64,000 nucleotides of DNA, from positions 128,001-192,000 of the IMG/VR virus record IMGVR_UViG_3300011226_000001; one strand, written 5' to 3'. Source of the stretch: a virus (lineage: Duplodnaviria > Caudoviricetes). The first letter of the stretch is position 1. Each line of letters begins with the position of its first letter. Both the position numbers and the translations under genes were made by a program. Shown here one piece after another: positions 9,554-18,515 of this stretch. Below the pieces are notes generated by a model, which worked only from the letters and a program-made list of their open reading frames with translations, was not told the DNA's origin and did not search any database.

Positions 9554-9755
9554 GAGTCACCCTAGGCCAACTAGCGTAACACCGCGTTATCGCTAATGGC
9601 CGAAAGCGGCTGCTCTAGGCTGCGAACTCCGCTACCTGCCGAAACGTTCGCTGCCGCAAAGAGCGTAAGACCGCAAGCGCTACCGTGTCGGTGCAATTGA
9701 AAGACACGGGGAGAAAGCCCTGGCTAGACCGTCATCTGGCGAGGGTGGACTCCAA
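9554..9755 (+). ncRNA. Putative ~200-nt multi-helix structured RNA of unknown class
   Basis: Closing stem GAGTCACCCT/AGGGTGGACTC; inner stems GGCCA/TGGCC, GCGGC/GCCGC, AGCG/CGCT, CCGTGTC/GACACGG, GCTAGA/TCTGGC; GC-rich, no ORF; strand inferred. Confidence 0.55.
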
Positions 9756-9876
9756 TATGTTTTCTCTGAGAGCCTATTGGAGTTTAAGACTTTTCTGACT
9801 TTATTCTTGTGTGACTACTCGCAGTAAACTGTAAACATAATTCAGAAGAACGAGAAATTTTAGCACAGGAGAATAG

Positions 9877-10074
9877 ATGCTTCGTAAACCAAGCTACCGT
9901 GTTGTCGCCGACTTGATTCAGGCTGACGGTACATTCACCACTCACACCGTAGAGAGTGGCATAAAAGATTATGACGTAGTGGAACAGAAACTTGAGTCAA
10001 TCAAGAACAACCCACCGTCCAACTTTAAGCACTTCTTCCGTGTCGTACCACGATGGGAAATGTGCTTTGCCTAA
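9877..10074 (+). CDS. Small hypothetical protein
   Basis: 65 aa, AGGAG SD, CTGTAAACA motif upstream. Confidence 0.75.
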   Translation: MLRKPSYRVVADLIQADGTFTTHTVESGIKDYDVVEQKLESIKNNPPSNFKHFFRVVPRWEMCFA

Positions 10075-10127
10075 TCGACAGCGCCCACTGCCGATGCGTT
10101 ACCATCCAAAACTTATTGTAACACCAT

Positions 10128-10164
10128 AAGGACCCTCCATTTTTGGATGTGGTCCTTTCTTTTT
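10128..10164 (+). terminator. Intrinsic terminator
   Basis: AAGGACC/GGTCCTT stem followed by TCTTTTT. Confidence 0.65.
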
Positions 10165-10173
10165 GTCTGAATA

Positions 10174-10182
10174 CTGTAAATA
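10174..10182 (+). promoter_or_regulatory. CTGTAAATA promoter-like motif (representative copy)
   Basis: Exact copies at 915(-), 10174, 13042, 24881, 26164, 33528, 42737, 47387, 53262, each 7-40 nt upstream of a start codon. Confidence 0.75.
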
Positions 10183-10219
10183 CCTGATGTAACGCATCAA
10201 ACTATAGGGCGAAAGTAAA

Positions 10220-11503
10220 ATGGCGAAAGAAGAAAAGAAAAAGAAGAAAGCGCGTTCCTTCGGTGACGATAAGCCATCGAAAAAGAAAAGCGGATCTTCT
10301 GAGTCAGTTGAGTTGACTACGGTTAACTTTGCTGATCAGTTCCGACCTAAACGTATCGAAGACTACGTTGGTCAAGACCACATCGTTAAGATCATGAAGG
10401 GTTGGCAGAAGTCGAAAACGATTCCGTCAACGATGATCATTACCGGCCACCTCGGTTCTGGTAAGACAACGTTCGCACGTCTGGTGGCGAAGTACATCAA
10501 CTGCGATTCGTTCTCTGCGTGTGGCAAGTGTCGTTCATGTCAGCTTATGGAAACTGGCGGCCACATGGACGTACAAGAATTTGATATGGGTGGCGATGCA
10601 GGTAAAGTAGACGGCTCACAGAAGATTGTTGACTCTGCACCGTTAAGCCCGATGTTCAAACGTCGCGTGTTCATCTTCGATGAATCGCACCTCATGTCCA
10701 GTGCTGCTGAATCCAAGCTGCTCAAGATTACCGAACAGCCACCAGCGCACGTTGTCTTCATCTTCGTAACAACGAACCCAGAGAAGATGAAAGGCACGAT
10801 GATCAGTCGTATGACGCAACTGCCTATCAGACCTATTCCAACTGACGTGATTCATAAGCGTCTGGTTGAGATTGGCGAGAAGCTGGACATCATGCCGAAG
10901 AAAGACAAAGCGCGTGAGAAAGCAGAAGCGGCACTGTATCAGGTTGCAGAATACGCTGGTGGTCAGATGCGTGGTGCAATCACCATGCTGCAAAACATTT
11001 ACTCGTCTGTTAAAGGCGGCGAAGACTTTGATAAGAACCTCGTTGCAGAACTCGCTGCTGCTGATCCAGAAATCGACATGGAAGCGAAAGCAGTTCAGAT
11101 GATTGGTGCTTATCTCAGTATGGACCTGATTGGTGTTATTCAGTTCCTGCGTGAAGCGAACAACCCTCGTGCAATCGTAGCGAAAGCGCGTTGGATCATT
11201 CACGGTGTGCTGGGTCATTACGCCGAAACGAATAAGTGGCAGTCAGCTGGCCTCAAGATGTTTATGAACATGATCAAGAAAGACAAAATCAAAGTCAATC
11301 TGGTCAGTCTGGTGTATCTGCAATCCGCATTAGCAGACGCCGAAGTAGCATTCAACTCTACATCGGTACCTGCGGATATCATGCTGGAAACAGGCATCAC
11401 CAGAACAATGTCTGATATCTACAGTGGCAAGCTGGTGATTGATTTGGGTAATGACGACGAAGACGACGAACCCAAAGAGAAGAAAAAGAAAAAGAAGAAG
11501 TAA
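10220..11503 (+). CDS. dnaX: DNA polymerase III gamma/tau-like clamp loader ATPase
   Basis: FRPKRIEDYVGQ, Walker A GHLGSGKTT, Zn cluster C..CGKCRSC, Walker B FDESH, sensor-2 GQMRGAI. Confidence 0.9.
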   Translation: MAKEEKKKKKARSFGDDKPSKKKSGSSESVELTTVNFADQFRPKRIEDYVGQDHIVKIMKGWQKSKTIPSTMIITGHLGSGKTTFARLVAKYINCDSFSACGKCRSCQLMETGGHMDVQEFDMGGDAGKVDGSQKIVDSAPLSPMFKRRVFIFDESHLMSSAAESKLLKITEQPPAHVVFIFVTTNPEKMKGTMISRMTQLPIRPIPTDVIHKRLVEIGEKLDIMPKKDKAREKAEAALYQVAEYAGGQMRGAITMLQNIYSSVKGGEDFDKNLVAELAAADPEIDMEAKAVQMIGAYLSMDLIGVIQFLREANNPRAIVAKARWIIHGVLGHYAETNKWQSAGLKMFMNMIKKDKIKVNLVSLVYLQSALADAEVAFNSTSVPADIMLETGITRTMSDIYSGKLVIDLGNDDEDDEPKEKKKKKKK

Positions 11504-11513
11504 TAAATAAGTG

Positions 11514-11545
11514 AAAAATGGGTGGCTAAATAGCTGCCCATTTTT
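11514..11545 (+). terminator. Intrinsic terminator
   Basis: AAAAATGGGTGGC...GCTGCCCATTTTT hairpin. Confidence 0.75.
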
Positions 11546-11612
11546 ATTTCAGAAATGTCTGACTCGTTAGTAATTTTAACTACAATCAATCATACAGCTC
11601 TGGAAGACAATA

Positions 11613-12149
11613 ATGGAAATCTTTGTATCACTCTCGAAGATTACAGTTGGGTCTGAGGGCATGGCGAAGATCGACAGTCCATGTACCACACCTGACTTAA
11701 AGAAACTCGCATCGCTTATCTTTGGTCTTGCACGATTTGACCAAGACGTATTCGGTTCAATCACCACACGCAAAGGCACGTTGTCTGCTGTGCGTGAAGG
11801 TGAAGAGGGTGCTATCTGGTTGCTGGGCGATAAACGTCTTACAGACGCCAATGATTTTATGCAGGTCATGAAGCCAATGCCTATGGTTGGTCCTACTGGC
11901 GCTGGTGATTTCTACATGACGTTGAACGTACCACAACGTCCTACTCAATTTTTGATCTGCCCTAAGGGTGGTCACTCCATTTTGTGGTTCGCTAATGACA
12001 AAGCTCTTATCGACCACTACGCAGAACGCGATGCCAAGCCATCTCTCAAGATGATGCTTACAGGCAATCGCGGAAACGCATCCGTGATTCGTTCGTGGTC
12101 TGGCGCGGATATCGAAGACGAAGAAATTCTTCAACTTCAATCCGCATGA
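11613..12149 (+). CDS. Hypothetical, probable head-associated protein (MEIFVSLSK leader)
   Basis: 178 aa; TAATTTT motif upstream; shared N-terminal leader. Confidence 0.75.
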   Translation: MEIFVSLSKITVGSEGMAKIDSPCTTPDLKKLASLIFGLARFDQDVFGSITTRKGTLSAVREGEEGAIWLLGDKRLTDANDFMQVMKPMPMVGPTGAGDFYMTLNVPQRPTQFLICPKGGHSILWFANDKALIDHYAERDAKPSLKMMLTGNRGNASVIRSWSGADIEDEEILQLQSA

Positions 12150-12240
12150 GGAGGTGATCCCCATCTCCTCGCTCACTACTGCGAGGTTAAATAATCGTAG
12201 TAGACCTAACCAGTCGGGTGCATAGCGCGCCATTCTACAC

Positions 12241-12271
12241 AGGGTGGCCTTCGGGTCGCCCTTTTCTTTTT
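12241..12271 (+). terminator. Intrinsic terminator
   Basis: AGGGTGGCC-TTCG-GGTCGCCCT followed by T-tract. Confidence 0.8.
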
Positions 12272-12282
12272 CAGGAGCACGT

Positions 12283-12729
12283 ATGAAAATTCTTATCAGC
12301 CTGAGCACTCGCACGAGTCCTCTCGAAGATACGAAAGTCAGTCTTGAGAACTCGAAAGATGATCTCAAGGGTGCCCAACGCCGTTCGCAGTTAGCTCGTA
12401 AGAAACTTAACGAGAAACAGTCTGACGGTGATACCAAAGGCGTTAAGTCTGCCCGTGCCGAAGTTGATGCTACGCGCACATCGGTCAAGACTCAACAGGA
12501 CATTGTTCGAACCAACCAACAACGTGTATCCCGTGCTGCTGTCGTTGATCGTTTGGTCAAAGAATGGAACCGCCTTGAGAAGTTGAAAGGCACTGAACAA
12601 GACACCGACCAGATTAAGACACAACGTGCTGACCTGTCGAAGAAGATCATCGAAGCACGTAAGGCACTTAGAGCAATCAAACGCCCTAAGTCTACGATCA
12701 AGAAAGTTAAGAAGCCACGGAGATACTGA
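12283..12729 (+). CDS. Basic coiled-coil protein (MKILISLST leader)
   Basis: AGGAG SD before ATG 12283, within ORF 12244..12729. Confidence 0.75.
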   Translation: MKILISLSTRTSPLEDTKVSLENSKDDLKGAQRRSQLARKKLNEKQSDGDTKGVKSARAEVDATRTSVKTQQDIVRTNQQRVSRAAVVDRLVKEWNRLEKLKGTEQDTDQIKTQRADLSKKIIEARKALRAIKRPKSTIKKVKKPRRY

Positions 12730-13007
12730 TGGAATACACCGTCGATCTTTCTAAGCCTTGCGTTCCTTCTTCGGAGTCGGACTACAAGGCGCTGTGTAAA
12801 CTGGATGCGCATATCCGCGATACGGAACGTGACCAACTCGAAGCCTTACCTGCTGTAATCCACTATCTGGATGATCAACTCGTTTGGCCTAGACGCAATC
12901 ACAGGCTACTGTGTCGTCGCATCGGTCTTGAGAATGTTAGCGGTCCTTTCTACGAAGACCACTATCTGGATAACGGCGTTCGTAAAGTGTTCTCAGGGGC
13001 TGCCTAA
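12729..13007 (+). CDS. Hypothetical protein
   Basis: 92 aa, TGATG coupling, followed by terminator-like hairpin 12995-13024. Confidence 0.7.
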   Translation: MEYTVDLSKPCVPSSESDYKALCKLDAHIRDTERDQLEALPAVIHYLDDQLVWPRRNHRLLCRRIGLENVSGPFYEDHYLDNGVRKVFSGAA

Positions 13008-13088
13008 CGGTGGCCCTTCTTTTTGTCTGATGCCTTAAAAACTGTAAATAGCGAGTATCATTTATATACTATACATAGGTCCCTGACT

Positions 13089-13304
13089 ATGGAACGCAAT
13101 ACCGTTATCAATATTTCCGTATCAAAACGTTGGAATGTCATGCGCAATGACCGTGACATTCATCCTGTAACAGGCAAAGAAGAAACTGTGCCGCAGTGCA
13201 TCTTTGTTTCTGATCGTCCACTAACTGATGATCGCCTGAATGAATTACGTGCAAAGTACAACGCACCAGAACTGTGGGTTGAGCCAGCTGGAGTGTTTCA
13301 CTAA
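13089..13304 (+). CDS. Hypothetical protein
   Basis: Start MERNT downstream of CTGTAAATA at 13042. Confidence 0.65.
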   Translation: MERNTVINISVSKRWNVMRNDRDIHPVTGKEETVPQCIFVSDRPLTDDRLNELRAKYNAPELWVEPAGVFH

Positions 13305-13507
13305 TGACTACGCTGATCAAACGCGATCCTATCGCACTGCCTTTGTGGCGTATCATCAAACCTGTTGTGTCGGACACGCGTGACGAATCTATTTCGTATG
13401 ACGTTATCGCCGAGTCATCTACTGAATACACCGCTGATGAGATTGAGGTGTTCGAGCAAACTCATGGCTCTGGTCTGGTGCAGGAAGAAACTGTCGAGTA
13501 TTTCTAA
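13304..13507 (+). CDS. Hypothetical protein
   Basis: 67 aa, TAATG-coupled on both sides, GGAG SD. Confidence 0.7.
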   Translation: MTTLIKRDPIALPLWRIIKPVVSDTRDESISYDVIAESSTEYTADEIEVFEQTHGSGLVQEETVEYF

Positions 13508-15840
13508 TGGCCAAGAAGCAAAAGCAGAAACAGCAACACGGTATCGGCCTGAAAGAGATTCACTTGCGCGACGTTGGTGTGTACAAGGAACTCGACATTG
13601 ATGGCTTGGACAAAGAGGGCTTCGCAACAATCTGCGGAAAGAACCTCGATAGCCCGAACGTTAAGGACAACACGAACGGCGTAGGGAAAAGTATGCTGTT
13701 CGCTGCAATACCTACGCTGCTGTACGAAGCAGATCCTCTTGCAATGAAAAAGAAAGACAAGGGGAACATGCTAGGCAAAGACAGCTCCATCGAGCTTGCA
13801 TGGCAATCACCTCTTGGTGGTGAAGTTCGTATTATTCAGACCAAAACAAAGTATCAGGTATTCTACAACGGTGAGAACCAGAAAGTAGATCGTCAGGATG
13901 TTGCTCGCTCTTGGGTGACAAAGCACTGGCCACTAACGCGTGACGAGTTCTATAGTTATGCGTACATTCAGTCGCAGATTCAGCATCCGTTCCAACGCGC
14001 TACACCTGCTGAACGCCTGACGTACCTGACCTCGCTGTTCAACCTCGATATCTTCGACAACATTCGACAGGCGTTGAAGAAGAAACTGGACTTGGCCAAA
14101 GACGCCGAGACAGAATCGAAGGGTCTTGCTGATATGCTTGACGTTACACAACGTAAGCAGAACGCCCTGTCTATTCACGCAGAAGAAAAGAATACGCTGA
14201 AAGCAATCATCAAGCATTCTGACAAGATGAAAGCGCGGCGTAATGAGTTGTCCGAGCAATTGATTGAACTCGGTACTCAACGTTCTACTGCGAAGAAGTA
14301 CGAAAAGCTCAAGCACCAACTCGACACGTTGGGAATTGAGACAGACGACCTTAAAGGTGAACTGAACAATCTGCGCGGTCTGTTGCAAGAACATGATCGC
14401 TACGATGCCTTTGTCGAAGCTCTGGACGAGTATCAGTCTGAACTGTCCGAAGTCAAAAAGAAAATCAAAGCGCTTGGTGATGTTGCTGATCTCGACAACA
14501 AAAAGCTACGCAAAGAACATGGACGCTTAGTTAAAGAGGAAGAAAGCCTCGAAGCGTTATTGGAGAAAGTCGATGAACAGCAGGAAGAGTACGACGACTG
14601 GCGAGAAGCAGTGGACAAGCTCAGTAAAAAGCTGTCTAAGCTCAAAGCTCCTAAACGAACTCAGGAAGAGGCACAGGATTCCCGAGCAGAAGCCAAAGCA
14701 ATAGTTCAGGCGTATCGCGCGTTTGAAGAACACGATCACGACGGCAACTCTTGTCCTACGTGCGGTCAGGGTGTTAACCTGAAAGCTATGGCTCGCGCTG
14801 CAACGAAAGCTCAGGCAATCATTGACGAGTGCATTGAAGCAATCGAATATCACAAGCTGAATGCAGAACTCACCGAGTTGCAAGACAACAAAGTGAAGAA
14901 GCCTAAGCATAAGCGCAAAGACCTTGAGCGTAAACTCAAAGCTGTCGGTGCTGCTCTGGACGATATCGAAGAACAATTCGAGACAGCGAAGAAGTATGAG
15001 AAGCTGGTGGCCAGACGTGATGCGCTCAAGAAACCAAAAGCAGTGAAGCAGCCTAAGAAAGCTCGTAAGACAATCAAGAACCGCATCAAGGACCTTGAGA
15101 TTCTGAAAGACATTCGTGCTGCACTCAAAGCTGTTGGTGAGCCGGAAGATCCATTCTACATTCTCGATGGCCGATATAAAAAGGTAAGCGCCGAAGTTGA
15201 AAAGCTGATTACCGATATCGAGAAGAAAGAACGCAAAGCGCAGAACATCCAGATGCGTATTCAGGAGCATGAGCACTACGAGGAAACTCTCAAAGAGCTT
15301 CGTGGTAAACTCGCAGACCTGCAACCGCTGATTGATAAGCGCAAGGTGTTCGAAGTCTTGTACAAGGCATACAGCAACAACGCACTCAAACTGAAAGCTG
15401 TTGAAGGTCGTATCAAACAGATTGAGGCGAAGTTGAACGAATACTCCAGTCTGGTATTCCCTGAGCCTATGCGTTTCGATTTGTTCACGACTAAGCAAGG
15501 TGTTGGCGCTACCGTTACGCGTGTGTCTTCTAAGAAGACAACCGACATTGCAATCATGAGTGGTGCAGAGACTAACTGCTTCCGCCTGTTGTTTGCTGTA
15601 GCGATCATGCCATTCATCCCTGCTAATCGCCGCACGAACTTTATCATTCTCGACGAGCCTGATAACAGTTGCAGCCCAGCAGTCAGTGAGCATATCATCA
15701 ATAACTTCCTGCCAATACTCAAACAGATTATCCCGAACATCTACTGGATAACTCCGAATGACGTTGAGCACTTCTCTAACAATCAGTGGACTGTGACCAA
15801 GAAACAGGGCAGGTCCGCACTCACGCGTAAGGTGATGTAA
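13507..15840 (+). CDS. sbcC: SbcC/Rad50 (gp46-like) SMC ATPase
   Basis: Walker A NGVGKS, long coiled coil with CPTCGQ zinc hook, signature MSGAE, Walker B ILDEP. Confidence 0.9.
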   Translation: MAKKQKQKQQHGIGLKEIHLRDVGVYKELDIDGLDKEGFATICGKNLDSPNVKDNTNGVGKSMLFAAIPTLLYEADPLAMKKKDKGNMLGKDSSIELAWQSPLGGEVRIIQTKTKYQVFYNGENQKVDRQDVARSWVTKHWPLTRDEFYSYAYIQSQIQHPFQRATPAERLTYLTSLFNLDIFDNIRQALKKKLDLAKDAETESKGLADMLDVTQRKQNALSIHAEEKNTLKAIIKHSDKMKARRNELSEQLIELGTQRSTAKKYEKLKHQLDTLGIETDDLKGELNNLRGLLQEHDRYDAFVEALDEYQSELSEVKKKIKALGDVADLDNKKLRKEHGRLVKEEESLEALLEKVDEQQEEYDDWREAVDKLSKKLSKLKAPKRTQEEAQDSRAEAKAIVQAYRAFEEHDHDGNSCPTCGQGVNLKAMARAATKAQAIIDECIEAIEYHKLNAELTELQDNKVKKPKHKRKDLERKLKAVGAALDDIEEQFETAKKYEKLVARRDALKKPKAVKQPKKARKTIKNRIKDLEILKDIRAALKAVGEPEDPFYILDGRYKKVSAEVEKLITDIEKKERKAQNIQMRIQEHEHYEETLKELRGKLADLQPLIDKRKVFEVLYKAYSNNALKLKAVEGRIKQIEAKLNEYSSLVFPEPMRFDLFTTKQGVGATVTRVSSKKTTDIAIMSGAETNCFRLLFAVAIMPFIPANRRTNFIILDEPDNSCSPAVSEHIINNFLPILKQIIPNIYWITPNDVEHFSNNQWTVTKKQGRSALTRKVM

Positions 15841-16160
15841 TGATCTTCGGTCAGCTTGATACTAAGCACGAGAATGGCAGTGTGCCTCTCGACCCTGCGT
15901 ATATAAATCGCAACCCAGGCATCTTTGCCAAATACGAAGTTGTTGCTAATCACAACTGCATGGAGGAGCAAGAGGAGTTCTACTTCAAAACTCCTCTGCA
16001 TCGCATATTCGGTCTTTATCCTAAAGTGCGTAAGGTGATGCGACCTTCGCTGCGTGTGTACATGAAAGACCACCAGCTGATCTGTCATCCTACGTTAGCG
16101 ACAAATATCGAACGTACTCTGCGTGAGTACACTGCTAATGCGTTGAACACGGTGGAGTGA
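15840..16160 (+). CDS. Hypothetical protein
   Basis: 106 aa, translationally coupled. Confidence 0.7.
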   Translation: MIFGQLDTKHENGSVPLDPAYINRNPGIFAKYEVVANHNCMEEQEEFYFKTPLHRIFGLYPKVRKVMRPSLRVYMKDHQLICHPTLATNIERTLREYTANALNTVE

Positions 16161-16876
16161 CAATGCCTGTAATCGCGGTAACACGCCAAAGCCCAGAGCA
16201 AGTTCTGGGCTGGCTCAAGAAGAAGGGTCATGCAGACCGAGTGACATTCGTTCCTCAGGGCGGCACCATTGACCCTTCAAAGAAATATCGTAAGTACCTG
16301 TTTATTGTAGGTACGAAAGAGTATTCGCGCAATGCAGTAGCGATTCGTGACATGCCTAACCATATCTTCTATGTGTTTGGTCATTCTGAAACGCTGCGTC
16401 GTTACGGACTTGACGTTGATCTCAAACTCGACGAAATGGTTCCGCAGAAAGGTAAGCTCGCACCTGTCGGTCAGTATCTTGATGACCTCAAGAAACGTGC
16501 AATCGACGGTAGCCTGTTCTATCGACTGATGACCTACATCTACACGTTGCCGTCGAAGACTCACCAGAAGCCTTTGACGGCAACCATCTGTCGTTGGATC
16601 TATCACGGTGGTCGCAAGAACATAGAACGCGAGATCGACGCGCTGCCTATCAAGCTGACTGCTATTCAAAAGCACACGCTGATGAAGATCTTAGCCAAGC
16701 CTGTTGCAGAACGTTTGTGTCAGGCTTTCCTCGATCTGAACAGCGGTGCGTGTGAGACAGTCGGTGAAGCGGTTGTCAAACACAACGTGCAGGTATTCGA
16801 AATCGGTTACATTCGTGGTAACGTAGAGAAGACCTCGAACATCACCGATACTTATCTCGCTAATCAGGGAGTTTAG
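16157..16876 (+). CDS. Hypothetical protein
   Basis: 239 aa ORF in operon. Confidence 0.75.
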   Translation: MTMPVIAVTRQSPEQVLGWLKKKGHADRVTFVPQGGTIDPSKKYRKYLFIVGTKEYSRNAVAIRDMPNHIFYVFGHSETLRRYGLDVDLKLDEMVPQKGKLAPVGQYLDDLKKRAIDGSLFYRLMTYIYTLPSKTHQKPLTATICRWIYHGGRKNIEREIDALPIKLTAIQKHTLMKILAKPVAERLCQAFLDLNSGACETVGEAVVKHNVQVFEIGYIRGNVEKTSNITDTYLANQGV

Positions 16877-16877
16877 T

Positions 16878-17192
16878 ATGTCTCGTAATATTCACGACGT
16901 AGCGCGTCATGGAACATTGATGGTTAAGATCGATGACAGTGTGCCTGACGTTTGGAATAAGTTGGCAGGGTTCGATGTTGGTCTCATTGGCGGTATCGAT
17001 CAGTATGACCTAACTCCCGATCAGATGACCAAGATTGCTACGGTTGCTGAAAGCATGAGCGGTTACTCTGATGAAGATCTTGAGTCTATGGCACGTATTG
17101 GACGCAGGGCACAGCTTGCTCTTGATGCTCGTCGTTCTCGTGTAACCTCTGCTCAGGTGGAGGAAGCATGTCAGCCGATTACGAAGCGTTAG
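16878..17192 (+). CDS. Hypothetical protein
   Basis: 104 aa, GGAG SD. Confidence 0.7.
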   Translation: MSRNIHDVARHGTLMVKIDDSVPDVWNKLAGFDVGLIGGIDQYDLTPDQMTKIATVAESMSGYSDEDLESMARIGRRAQLALDARRSRVTSAQVEEACQPITKR

Positions 17193-17509
17193 TGCTGGTG
17201 TCGATACTTGCGTCATTTGCGATGCGACCTGTTGTTCTCGGTATCAAACTAACCGAAGTAAAACGCGCATGGTACATCGTGGGCGTAGCATTGTTCCTGC
17301 TTGTGTTTTGCAATGAAGCTATGGAGATGACCAAGTGGCATGTGTTCACCTACGTCATGTCGTTTGTGATCATTGCCGCTGTCTATGATGGTGCGTATGC
17401 TGGTGGACTCAATCGCTACGTCAGAGGTCATGTGTTGCAGTACGCATATCTCGCGCATATAGGTATTCTTTCTGCTTTAATCGCTTGGTCAACACGTTGG
17501 GTATTCTAA
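17168..17509 (+). CDS. Small multi-pass membrane protein
   Basis: 113 aa with about 4 hydrophobic segments; GGAGG SD. Confidence 0.7.
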   Translation: MSADYEALVLVSILASFAMRPVVLGIKLTEVKRAWYIVGVALFLLVFCNEAMEMTKWHVFTYVMSFVIIAAVYDGAYAGGLNRYVRGHVLQYAYLAHIGILSALIAWSTRWVF

Positions 17510-17527
17510 GGGGCTTCGGCCCCTTTT
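17508..17527 (+). terminator. Intrinsic terminator
   Basis: AAGGGGC-TTCG-GCCCCTTTT. Confidence 0.85.
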
Positions 17528-17540
17528 GTCGATCTTGCAT

Positions 17541-17548
17541 CTAATTTT
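17541..17548 (+). promoter_or_regulatory. (C/A/G)TAATTT late-promoter-like motif (representative copy)
   Basis: Copies at 1916, 9436, 11570, 17541, 18482, 27318, 28191, 31802, 56129, 58578, mostly upstream of virion/lysis genes and often right after a terminator. Confidence 0.65.
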
Positions 17549-17594
17549 ACCTAAATTCGGAGTACCTTAAATTTGTTTACCTAGAGGTAATCAT

Positions 17595-18479
17595 ATGCAG
17601 TACATAGCTGCTCTATTTGGACTTGCGAGTCCTGTGGCAACAATGCCAAACGTTCTTTTCTTCGATGATAAGGACGGTGTCACCAAAGCTCAAATGCGTG
17701 ACATGACATTTGCGAAAGCCAACGCACACAAAGCGCGAGCAATTCTTGGTACGGGTAGTCAACTCAATCCTATTGCTGGACAATATGGAAATAAATACTT
17801 CCCTACTTTCGCAAAGTACGCGGCAGATGCGAACTGGTCACCTGCTACGTATGACCCTATAACTCAGGAGAACACTGTAGGATTTTCACTGCATAATTCC
17901 GATGCTGTGTCTACTGATTATCAGAGCTATGCAGCGACACGCGCACCGTATCAATCCTCTTATACAATAACGAAGGGTACTATAATTGTTAACTGTCCGT
18001 TCGACGTACAATTACACTTTCCAAAATGTGCTGCTTACGCAACAGACACGTGGGGTGATCAATTTGGAAGATTTCCTAGTACCATTCATCTTCTGTCCTA
18101 CAATGGCGCAATCGTTGATAAACCTGCATCCAATTCTGATCAGTTTATCACTGGCTATGACCATCCAAGTATAGTTCCAACAGATGTGTATACAACCTCC
18201 ACTGTTAATTTTCGATATGCAATGGCGCTGAAACAGATAATCGTTGCAACAGACAAAGGAAACTATGCCGACATATATTTGCCGTATAGGGACAACGGCC
18301 TTTTCTGGGGATCAAGGTCAGCACCGGACGAAACGGTCAATCTCACGTTTGGCCTGTTCTACTGGAAAGCATTCAACACTCTGGTAATGTTGGATTCGAG
18401 GGACTACGATGTTGCGTCGAACCTCATTCCGGGAACCAGACCTAATATGCGATTCAAACAATCGAACTTAGTCATCTAA
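17595..18479 (+). CDS. Paralog family member 1 (LNPI-x-G ... PGxRP), probable virion surface protein
   Basis: ARAILGTGSQLNPIAGQYGNKY and SNLIPGTRP motifs shared with three other ORFs. Confidence 0.7.
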   Translation: MQYIAALFGLASPVATMPNVLFFDDKDGVTKAQMRDMTFAKANAHKARAILGTGSQLNPIAGQYGNKYFPTFAKYAADANWSPATYDPITQENTVGFSLHNSDAVSTDYQSYAATRAPYQSSYTITKGTIIVNCPFDVQLHFPKCAAYATDTWGDQFGRFPSTIHLLSYNGAIVDKPASNSDQFITGYDHPSIVPTDVYTTSTVNFRYAMALKQIIVATDKGNYADIYLPYRDNGLFWGSRSAPDETVNLTFGLFYWKAFNTLVMLDSRDYDVASNLIPGTRPNMRFKQSNLVI

Positions 18480-18515
18480 CGCTAATTTTAGTCTGTCTAA
18501 AAGAGGACTTTATCT

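Noticed and set aside
9538-9725. Faint resemblance of GGGAGAAAGCCC and ACAGACTCGGC to RNase P conserved regions, and a CCA near the 3' end suggesting tRNA/tmRNA
   Set aside because: Order is reversed, P4 pairing cannot be formed, and there is no T-loop or tag reading frame
12168-12238. Pistol- or HDV-like ribozyme (GTTAAATA, TCCTCGC)
   Set aside because: Required helices and catalytic residues could not be mapped consistently; kept only as an unclassified structure
14557-15771. Long antisense ORFs (e.g. 14557..15771, 27338..28084, 32634..33479, 60797..62041)
   Set aside because: They mirror strongly codon-biased + strand genes and show no recognisable motifs; shadow ORFs
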